Assembly: GCA_040752415.1 (NCBI GenBank)
Contig: JBFMGU010000019.1
Coordinates: 1-64,000 of the forward strand
Reading direction: 5' to 3'
Origin: Myxococcota bacterium
Lineage (GTDB): Bacteria; Myxococcota; JACRCW01
Length of the DNA: 64,000 nt
The notes under the pieces: generated by a model
What the model was told of the DNA's origin: nothing
Seen by the model: the letters and a program-made list of their open reading frames with translations, nothing else
The model's database searches: none
Position numbers and translations under genes: made by a program
In this document: piece after piece, positions 57,005 to 64,000 of the stretch
How positions within the stretch are numbered: the first letter of the stretch is position 1
Layout: every line of letters begins with the position of its first letter

Positions 57005-57475
57005 ATGAGCTTTCATGATCACACCGTCACTTCCCTCGAGGGCCAGCCCTTTCCCCTCAACCAGTTCAAGGGTCGCGTGGTGCTCGTGGTGAACACGGCG
57101 TCGCAGTGCGGGTTCACGCCGCAGTACGCCGGCCTGGAGAAGCTGCACGAGGAGTACAACGGCAAGGGCCTCACCGTCCTGGGCGTCCCGAGCAATGACT
57201 TCGGCGCGCAGGAGCCCGGCACCGAGCAGCAGATTGCGCAGTTCTGCACCACGAAGTTCGGCGTGAAGTTCCCCATGACGAGCAAGAACGTCGTGAAGGG
57301 GAAGGACAAGAGCGCGCTCTACCAGTTCCTCACCGACAAGCATGGCGAGCCCAAGTGGAACTTCCACAAGTATCTCGTCGGGAAGAACGGTGAGGTCCTC
57401 GGGGCGTTCCAGAGCTCCGTGGCACCGGAAAGCAAGGAGCTGCGCAGCGCCATCGACAAGGCGCTTGCCGGCTGA
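57005..57475 (+). CDS. gpx: Glutathione peroxidase (Cys-type)
   Basis: NTASQCGFTPQY, PSNDFGAQEPG, WNFHKYL; RBS GGAGG; catalytic codon is TGC. Confidence 0.93.
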   Translation: MSFHDHTVTSLEGQPFPLNQFKGRVVLVVNTASQCGFTPQYAGLEKLHEEYNGKGLTVLGVPSNDFGAQEPGTEQQIAQFCTTKFGVKFPMTSKNVVKGKDKSALYQFLTDKHGEPKWNFHKYLVGKNGEVLGAFQSSVAPESKELRSAIDKALAG

Positions 57476-57518
57476 GCGTCAGCGCGGCGTCAGGATGATC
57501 TGTCCATGTGATGAGGCT

Positions 57519-57770
57519 GGCGAACACCCAACCCCCCCACGGTCAGGCCGTTGCGCTCGCTCGCCCCCCTTCCCCACACCCGCTTCGACGTCGTCACCCG
57601 TTGCGGGGAAGGGGGGCACGCATTGGCACTGGGACTTCTTCTCGTCGGAAAGTGGCAGTTGCGCCCATCAAATTGCCCCCCTTCCCCGGCTCGGTGACGA
57701 CGGGAAAACGGTACTGGGGAAGGGGGGCGAGCGAGCGCAACCGCTTGACCGTGGGGGGTTGGGGTTCGCC
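57519..57770. repeat. Nested palindromic element, family A copy 2
   Basis: GGCGAACACCCAACCCCCCCACGG...CCGTGGGGGGTTGGGGTTCGCC with the same internal arms as 6109-6373. Confidence 0.85.
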
Positions 57771-58088
57771 GGACACGGCCAGCTCATTCTGACGCAGCCC
57801 TCACCGGCGACGACGTCGCGCTGCCAAACCACAACGCCAATGCCCCGGCCCATGGCGCCATCTCCTTCGTAGGCACGGCACACACAGCCCGACTGCGCCC
57901 CAGGTGCTCTGGTGAGCGCGCTGGCGGGCAGGGTCAGCGCAAGCAGGAACAGGAGCGCACCACCCACGACGACGTTGCCTTCACCCATGCTCCACGCGCT
58001 ACCAGCCACGAGGATGACACGGAACCTGGGACGACAACGTGCGTTGCGCGGCTGCGTCTGCTAGCAGGGGCCCACTTCGGGCGGAACG

Positions 58089-58898
58089 ATGGCACTCAGT
58101 GGATCACTCAAGGAGTTTGCTCCCGCGGACGTGCTGCAGCTTGTGGGTCGGCAGCGCATGACGGGCATGCTGGCCATGCGACGTCGCAGTCGCGCGGTGG
58201 ACTTCTGGTTCAAGAACGGGACGCTGGCCTGGGCCCAGTCGGTGAGTCGGGAACAGCGGGAGCGGCTGGGCCAGATGCTCGTCGACGCGGGCGTCATCAG
58301 CGAAGCGCAACTGGAAGCCGCCGTCGAGCAGCACGTGCGCACCAAGCGTCGCCTGGGGATGGTGCTGCTGGTGCAGGGCATCGTGTCGGCGGAGGACATC
58401 GAGAAGTTCGTGCAGTTGCAGCTGAGGGAGAGCATCTACAACGTGTTCCTCTGGCGCGACGGCACCTACGACTTCACCCCCCGTCCCGTCCCCCCGCCCG
58501 AGCCCGGCGCGGTGCTGGACATCCGCTGGGAGCAGCTCCTCATGGAAGGCATCCGACGCGCGGATGAATGGCCGCGCATTCGCGAGGTCATCACCAGCCC
58601 GGAGCTCACCTTCAACGTGACGGCGCCCCTCCCCGCGCCCGGCGCCACGCCCGAGCCTACCGACGAGGATCTCGAGCGCGCGTTCCTCGCCGAGGACGGG
58701 TTCGAGGACGAGGCGGTCCGCTCTGAGATCACCGAGCACGAAAGGCTGCTCTATTCACTGGCGAAGCCCAACGTCAGCGTGCAGCAGCTCATCAACCGCT
58801 CCTGGCTCGGCGAGTTCGAGACGTGCTCGTGCCTGGCGCGGTTGGTGCGCGGGGGATACCTGGAGGCGCGGCACGAGGGTGAGGACGTGGATTTCTGA
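58089..58898 (+). CDS. DUF4388 (PatA-N-like) domain protein
   Basis: MALSGSLKEF..ADVLQL....MTG.L, RLGQMLV..G.IS, FLWRDGTYDF, LLMEGIRRADEW. Confidence 0.85.
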   Translation: MALSGSLKEFAPADVLQLVGRQRMTGMLAMRRRSRAVDFWFKNGTLAWAQSVSREQRERLGQMLVDAGVISEAQLEAAVEQHVRTKRRLGMVLLVQGIVSAEDIEKFVQLQLRESIYNVFLWRDGTYDFTPRPVPPPEPGAVLDIRWEQLLMEGIRRADEWPRIREVITSPELTFNVTAPLPAPGATPEPTDEDLERAFLAEDGFEDEAVRSEITEHERLLYSLAKPNVSVQQLINRSWLGEFETCSCLARLVRGGYLEARHEGEDVDF

Positions 58899-58921
58899 TG
58901 GGCGGGCGGAGAATCCGAGAG

Positions 58922-59019
58922 AAGGAAGTCAGAAGTCAGAAGTCAGAATGTGGAAGTCGGAAGGTGCTCCGCCTTCGTCGTCACGGAACCACTTCTGACT
59001 TCTGACTTCTGACTTCCTT
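58922..59019. terminator. Heptamer-repeat (GAAGTCA)n inverted repeat between convergent genes
   Basis: Perfect 27-bp arms AAGGAAGTCAGAAGTCAGAAGTCAGAA (58922-58948) and TTCTGACTTCTGACTTCTGACTTCCTT (58993-59019); a terminator role is inferred. Confidence 0.6.
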
Positions 59020-59043
59020 GGGGCTCCGACACCCCTGACCTCG

Positions 59044-60054
59044 TCACCGCGCCACACGCGCCGCCGTCACGCGGTTGGCCTCCTTCACGGTCCCCCGCTC
59101 GAAGTCACTGATGTTCTCCATCGTGGTCCGCGCGATGTTGCCCACGGCCTCGCGCGTGAAGAACGCCTGGTGCGCCGTGATCAGCACGTTGGGGAACGTC
59201 TGCAGCCGGGCGAACACGTCGTCCTGGATGACCTCCTCGGAGAGGTCGCGGAAGAACAGGTCCCCTTCCTCCTCGTACACGTCCAGTCCCAGGGCGCCCA
59301 CCTGTCCCGTCTTGAGCGCCTGGATGACCGCGTTGGTGTCGACGAGCGCACCGCGGCTGGTGTTGATGAGCATCACCCCGCGCTTCATCCGCTGGATGGA
59401 CGCGGTGTTGATCACGTGGCGCGTCTGCGGCGTCAGCGGCGTGTGCAGCGTGATGATGTCGCTGCGGGACAACAGCTCCTCCAGCGCCACGTAGCTCACC
59501 CCCAACGCGCGACACTCCTCGCTGGGATACGGATCATGCGCCAGCACGGTGCACCCGAAGCCTCTCAGGATCCGCGCCACCACCACGCCAATCTTCCCCG
59601 TCCCGACGACACCCGCGGTCTTCCCGTTCATGTCAAAGCCCATCAGCCCGTCGAGAGCGAAGTTGTGCTCCCGCACGCGGGCGTGCGCGCGGTGGAACTT
59701 GCGGTTCAAGGTCAGCATCAGCCCCACGGTGTGCTCGGCCACCGCGTACGGTGAATACGCCGGCACCCGCAGCACGGTGAGCCCCAGCGCATCCGCCGTG
59801 GCCAGGTCCACGTGGTTGAACCCGGCGGACCGCAACGCAATCAAGCGCGTCCCCTGCTCCTTCAGCCGACGCAACACCTCCGCGCCCAGGTTGTCGTTGA
59901 CGAACGCGCACACCGCCGGTGAGCCCAGCGCCAGCGGGACCGTGTGCTCGTTGAGCCCCGTCTCCAGGAACACCAGCTCGTGCGCGTGCGGCTGGTTCGC
60001 CTCCGTCAGCCAGGCGCGGTCATAGGGGCGGGCACTGAACACGGCGACTCGCAT
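59044..60054 (-). CDS. ldhA: D-lactate dehydrogenase (D-2-hydroxyacid dehydrogenase)
   Basis: [48 protein letters not shown]. Confidence 0.9.
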   Translation of the reverse strand: MRVAVFSARPYDRAWLTEANQPHAHELVFLETGLNEHTVPLALGSPAVCAFVNDNLGAEVLRRLKEQGTRLIALRSAGFNHVDLATADALGLTVLRVPAYSPYAVAEHTVGLMLTLNRKFHRAHARVREHNFALDGLMGFDMNGKTAGVVGTGKIGVVVARILRGFGCTVLAHDPYPSEECRALGVSYVALEELLSRSDIITLHTPLTPQTRHVINTASIQRMKRGVMLINTSRGALVDTNAVIQALKTGQVGALGLDVYEEEGDLFFRDLSEEVIQDDVFARLQTFPNVLITAHQAFFTREAVGNIARTTMENISDFERGTVKEANRVTAARVAR

Positions 60055-60166
60055 GGGCGTTTCCTCCCCGCGCAATCAATGCGTCGAAACGCAAGCTTGT
60101 GCCGTGCTTGTAGCGGCCCAACGCAACGGTTGCGCGCGAATGCTGGTGGAGCGTGAAAACTCTGCA

Positions 60167-60181
60167 TGGCACGCGTCTTGT
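60167..60181 (+). promoter_or_regulatory. Possible sigma54 -24/-12 promoter for nrfHA
   Basis: TGGCACG-CGTC-TTGT has the correct spacing but a mismatch at the -12 C; 30 bp upstream of the nrfH ATG. Confidence 0.3.
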
Positions 60182-60210
60182 TCTGCGTGCGGTGTGCCGA
60201 AGGAGCGGAC

Positions 60211-60681
60211 ATGCGCGCGGAATGGTTGGCAGGGGTGGCGTTGGGCGTGGCGGTGGGCGCGGCCGTGGGGATTGGCGGCTTCACCTTCGGTTACGCACGT
60301 GGCGCCTCGTATCTCACGAATGACGCACGCGCGTGTGCCAACTGCCACATCATGCGCGACCAGTACGACGGGTGGTTGAAGTCCAGCCATCGCGCGGTGG
60401 CGGCGTGCAATGACTGCCACACGCCACCGGGTTTCGTTGCCAAGTACGTGACCAAGGCATCCAACGGCTTCTGGCACAGCTACGCGTTCACCACCGGCAA
60501 CTTCCACGAGCCCATCCAGATCAAGGCCACCAACCGCGCCGTGACGGAGTCGGCGTGTCGTCACTGTCACGCGGACATGGTGGACGCCATGAACTTCACC
60601 CATGACGCGCAGGTGAGTTGCCTGCGTTGCCACAACAACGTCGGGCACGGCGAACCGACGCCCAGCATTGCCGCGAGGTAG
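60211..60681 (+). CDS. nrfH: Cytochrome c nitrite reductase small subunit (tetraheme)
   Basis: N-terminal TM helix; four heme motifs CANCH(IM), CNDCH, CRHCH, CLRCH; RBS AAGGAG. Confidence 0.93.
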   Translation: MRAEWLAGVALGVAVGAAVGIGGFTFGYARGASYLTNDARACANCHIMRDQYDGWLKSSHRAVAACNDCHTPPGFVAKYVTKASNGFWHSYAFTTGNFHEPIQIKATNRAVTESACRHCHADMVDAMNFTHDAQVSCLRCHNNVGHGEPTPSIAAR

Positions 60682-60688
60682 AAAAATC

Positions 60689-62101
60689 ATGTCCAAGCCC
60701 ACCCGGACCATCTGGATTGCCACCGTCGGAGCGGCGTTGCTCGCGGCGGGCGCCACCGCGCTGCTGGTGAACATCATGGAGCGGAAGGAAGAAGGGAGGA
60801 ACCCGTTCTACCGCGTCGTGGAGCTGACGGAGGAGACGGAGGACCCCGTGCCCTGGGGCAAGAACTTTCCGCTCCAGTACGACGGCTACAAGCGCACCGT
60901 GGACCAGGTCCGCACGCGTTACGGCGGAAGCGAGGCGGTCCCACGCACGCCCACCAACGTCGACCCGCGCACGGTGACGGCGCAGTCGCGCCTGGAGGAG
61001 GACCCGCGTCTCAAGACCATGTGGGCCGGCTACGCGTTCGCAGTGGATTTCCGCGAGGAGCGCGGCCACGCGTACATGCTGGAGGACCAGACCTTCACCG
61101 AGCGCCAGCAGGTCACCAAACAGCCCGGCACCTGCATGCATTGCCACGCCTCCGTCTACGTCCCGTACCGCAAGCTGGGCGAGGGCGACCTCATCAAGGG
61201 CTTCGAGAAGATGAACCAGATGCCGTACGCGGAGGCGCGCAAGCTGGTCACCCATCCCGTCACCTGCATTGACTGCCACGACCCGGAAACCATGGCGCTG
61301 CGCGTGACGCGGCCTGGCTTCATCGAGGGCATGCGGGCCTTGAAGGCGGGGCAGGGCGTCAAGGACTACGACGTCAACACCATGGCCACGCGGCAGGAGC
61401 TGCGCTCGTTCGTCTGCGGGCAGTGTCACGTGGAGTACTACTTCAAGGGCCCGGAGAAGCGCCTGGTGTATCCGTGGTCCAAGGGCCTGAAGATCGACGA
61501 CATCATGGCCTACTACGACGAGAACCCGCACAAGGACTGGGTGCACGCGGAGACCGGCGCGGAGGTCCTCAAGGCGCAGCACCCGGAGTTCGAGATGTAC
61601 AACCAGGGCATCCACGCGCGCTCCGGCGTGGCGTGCGCGGACTGCCACATGCCCTACAAGCGTGAGGGCGCCATGAAGATCAGCGACCACCACGTGCGCA
61701 GCCCGCTCTTGAACGTCAACCGCGCGTGCCAGACGTGCCACAAGGCCTCCGAGGCGGAGCTGACCGCGCGCGTGACGACGATCCAGGACCGCACCTTCCA
61801 GCTGCGCAACGTGGCCATGGACGCGCTGGTGGCGCTGATTGCGGACATCAAGGGCGCCAAGGCCGCGGGCGCCAACGACGAGCAGCTCAAGGAAGCGCGC
61901 ACCATGCAGAAGAAGGCGCAGTTCCACCTGGACTTCATCGAGGCGGAGAACTCCATGGGTTTCCACGCGCCGCAGGAGGCCGCCCGCGTGCTGGGATTGT
62001 CGATTGATTATTCTCGTCGGGGACAGGTGGCGTTGCGTCGGCTTCCGGTGACGGCGGCGGCGCCCGGCACGCCTTCAACGACGACGAAGGGCGCGCCCTG
62101 A
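60689..62101 (+). CDS. nrfA: Ammonia-forming cytochrome c552 nitrite reductase (pentaheme)
   Basis: WAGYAF...RGHAY, hemes CMHCH, CIDCH, CGQCHVEYYF, CADCHMPY, CQTCH; KAQHPEFE; AENSMGFHAP. Confidence 0.95.
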   Translation: MSKPTRTIWIATVGAALLAAGATALLVNIMERKEEGRNPFYRVVELTEETEDPVPWGKNFPLQYDGYKRTVDQVRTRYGGSEAVPRTPTNVDPRTVTAQSRLEEDPRLKTMWAGYAFAVDFREERGHAYMLEDQTFTERQQVTKQPGTCMHCHASVYVPYRKLGEGDLIKGFEKMNQMPYAEARKLVTHPVTCIDCHDPETMALRVTRPGFIEGMRALKAGQGVKDYDVNTMATRQELRSFVCGQCHVEYYFKGPEKRLVYPWSKGLKIDDIMAYYDENPHKDWVHAETGAEVLKAQHPEFEMYNQGIHARSGVACADCHMPYKREGAMKISDHHVRSPLLNVNRACQTCHKASEAELTARVTTIQDRTFQLRNVAMDALVALIADIKGAKAAGANDEQLKEARTMQKKAQFHLDFIEAENSMGFHAPQEAARVLGLSIDYSRRGQVALRRLPVTAAAPGTPSTTTKGAP

Positions 62102-62109
62102 GCCACCCA

Positions 62110-62171
62110 GGTCACGAAGTGGGAGAGCGAGCAGCGCCGGGCGACGCTCATCCCGCTCCCACTTCGTGACC
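62110..62171 (+). terminator. Stem-loop downstream of nrfA
   Basis: 16-bp perfect arms GGTCACGAAGTGGGAG / CTCCCACTTCGTGACC; no U tract. Confidence 0.45.
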
Positions 62172-62348
62172 GTGTTCGTCCGGTACGCCATGCCCACCGG
62201 CAAGGTGCTCCGACCCACCGCGCTCTCCACGGTCACCACGCAACCCCGTTCCAAGGCAATGGTCGCGGCGGCGGCCTGCCCGAGAGTCCGCGCGCGGCCC
62301 GGTCGCATCTTGATCGAGGCCTCCGGCGGGAGGTAGTGCCTTGTCGCG

Positions 62349-63311
62349 TTGAGACGCGTCCTCCCCATCCTCGCCCTCGCGGCGGCATTCCTGGCGTCCT
62401 GCGCGGTGCGCCAGGTCCCGCTGCATCCCGCGCTGGAACCCCTTGTCGACGACGACACGCCCCGCTCCCAGGCCAAACAGGTGGTGGCGCTGGTGATGGA
62501 TCAGCGCGTGGCGGGATTCCGACGTGACCGCGACTTCAGCCTGGTGCAGGAGGAGCGTTACTCGTCGGGAGAGCACTTCATGCGGTCGCTGCTGGCGCAG
62601 CTGCGTGCGCGCGGCGTGACGGTGCTGGAAGTGGAGAATGAGCAGCAGGCCGCGGAGCTGGGCGCGCCCTACACGCTCATCCCGGACACGCCCGGTGTGA
62701 ACGTGATCCGTCCCAAGGGCCTCCTGGACTTCTCGTTCCTTGGCTCCCTCAACCGCATCAGCGTCAGCTACTCGGTGCGTCTGCTCCGGCCGGGAGCGCG
62801 CATCCCCGAGCGCATCAGCGGCTCCGGTTCCCGCACCGCCAGCTTCTTCTGGTCCAACGCGCTGCTGCAGAGCGTGGGTCTCTCGCTGCTCGGCGCTTCG
62901 GTCAGCATCGTGATCTATTCGGCGTGGTTCGGCATCACGCTGGCGTTGGACCCGCGCGCCATCAAGGGCCCGGACCAGGTGCAGCGTGACCTCGCTGCGG
63001 CGCGCTGCGGTGGTGGCGCACCGGAACAGTGCCTCACCGACGTCAACAACGCGCTCCCCACGCTGGCCATCCCGCCGGAGGTGGGCATCATGGTGTTCAT
63101 TGCCGACGAGCTGGTGAGCCAGGCCACCGCGCAGGTGGTGCCGCGCGTCATCAATCCGCTGGTGGACATCTTCATCAATGAGCCGCGCTGGCAATCCATG
63201 GTGCAGGGCGCCCACGACGAGGCCGCCGAGGATCTCGCCGACGCCATCGTCGCCCGGATCAACAAGCTGGGCGCCAGCCCCAGGCCCGCCACCACGGGGA
63301 CGGCCCGATGA
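62349..63311 (+). CDS. Hypothetical lipoprotein with internal hydrophobic segments
   Basis: Lipobox LASC; host-like codon usage; ATGA overlap with the next gene. Confidence 0.65.
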   Translation: MRRVLPILALAAAFLASCAVRQVPLHPALEPLVDDDTPRSQAKQVVALVMDQRVAGFRRDRDFSLVQEERYSSGEHFMRSLLAQLRARGVTVLEVENEQQAAELGAPYTLIPDTPGVNVIRPKGLLDFSFLGSLNRISVSYSVRLLRPGARIPERISGSGSRTASFFWSNALLQSVGLSLLGASVSIVIYSAWFGITLALDPRAIKGPDQVQRDLAAARCGGGAPEQCLTDVNNALPTLAIPPEVGIMVFIADELVSQATAQVVPRVINPLVDIFINEPRWQSMVQGAHDEAAEDLADAIVARINKLGASPRPATTGTAR

Positions 63312-64000
63312 AGCGCACGCTGGCCCTGCTGACCGCGGTGGCGCTCCTTGCCGCGTGCTCCACGGTGCGCAAGCTGGAGGTGGACCCCACGCTGGAGGAG
63401 CCGCTGCCGGAGGGTGCGCCCGTCGGTCGCCCGGTGCGTGTGGCCATCTACCGCCAGGAACCGCCGCCTCAGTCTCCCAACGGGGGTGCCCGGGGAGCGG
63501 CCGGTGACACACCCGCGGTGACGTCGTCAGGAAAGCCGGGCGCCAAGCCGCCGCCGCTGCCGGAGACCCGCGTGGATTTCAGCAACACCTACGCCGAGGA
63601 GTATCCGTCGGTGCAGCACATGCTGAAGTCCGTGCCGCTGGCGCTGCGCGAGGTGGGATTTGACGTCGTGGAGGTGAAGAACCTGCAGGAGGCGCGGGCG
63701 GCGCGCGCGGCCATGATCCTGGAGCTGCTGCCCCCGGAGATCGAGGGATTTCGCCAGGCTTCGGGTCGCAACATGACGGCGGGCGGGTCCTCCTATGACA
63801 TCCACGTGCTCTACCGGGGGCGCCTCAGCTCGTCGGCGGGACCCATGGGCCTGGTGTCCGGTCACGGGGAGAGCTCCACGCACTTCATCTTCGCCGACCC
63901 CTACGTGGAGACCGCGTCGGTGGGCGCGGTGTCGCTGAGCCTCATGGCGGTGGTGAGCGTGGTGGTGGCCATCCCGCTCATTGGCTTCATGGTCTATCGC
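63308..64000 (+). CDS. Hypothetical lipoprotein, partial (runs off the window)
   Basis: MKRTLALLTAVALLAACSTVRKLEVDPTLEEPL...; open to the window end; absent from the ORF track because it has no stop. Confidence 0.65.
   Translation, partial: MKRTLALLTAVALLAACSTVRKLEVDPTLEEPLPEGAPVGRPVRVAIYRQEPPPQSPNGGARGAAGDTPAVTSSGKPGAKPPPLPETRVDFSNTYAEEYPSVQHMLKSVPLALREVGFDVVEVKNLQEARAARAAMILELLPPEIEGFRQASGRNMTAGGSSYDIHVLYRGRLSSSAGPMGLVSGHGESSTHFIFADPYVETASVGAVSLSLMAVVSVVVAIPLIGFMVYR

Noticed and set aside
57005..57475. Selenocysteine glutathione peroxidase
   Set aside because: The active-site codon is TGC (Cys), not TGA.
57668..58009. Small minus-strand ORF with a hydrophobic N-terminus
   Set aside because: It runs into repeat family A and has no recognisable motif; cannot be supported.
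60091..60104. Sigma54-like site on the minus strand for ldhA (CGGCACAAGCTTGC)
   Set aside because: The GG-to-GC spacing is one base short of the strict -24/-12 requirement.

Overview
High-GC window whose gene content (PEGA-domain Ser/Thr kinases, Myxococcus-type Cys-rich repeats, a DUF4388 protein, a MYXO-CTERM-like tail, nrfHA) points to a myxobacterium-like (Myxococcota) genome; this taxonomy is inference. 1-12.3 kb holds housekeeping and envelope genes: an active/inactive HtrA-like protease pair, an alkaline phosphatase, ComEA, aspartokinase, a Ser/Thr kinase, a rhodanese and tRNA-Gly(CCC). Downstream of the tRNA is an accessory region with an unknown gene pair, IS66 debris, a 1325-aa HIT-PLD-SF2 helicase-S24-DUF3427 protein (SauUSI-like type IV restriction candidate), a truncated EEP nuclease, surface lipoproteins, an arsR-SRPBCC-doxX operon and a metallophosphoesterase. 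About 25 kb (29.6-54.8 kb) is one giant lipoprotein ORF (~8,400 aa). It has ~22 Asp/Cys 41-aa repeats, TSP3 repeats, ~33 divergent ~100-aa beta-rich modules spaced by DUF4215 Cys repeats, and a C-terminal FGE-sulfatase/CLec domain. The right end encodes a YdeI/OmpD protein, an ADP-ribosylglycohydrolase, glutathione peroxidase, DUF4388, D-lactate dehydrogenase, nrfH-nrfA (CXXCH-type) and two related lipoproteins. At least four families of long palindromic intergenic repeats are visible. All family assignments come from recognising motifs by eye, not from database searches.
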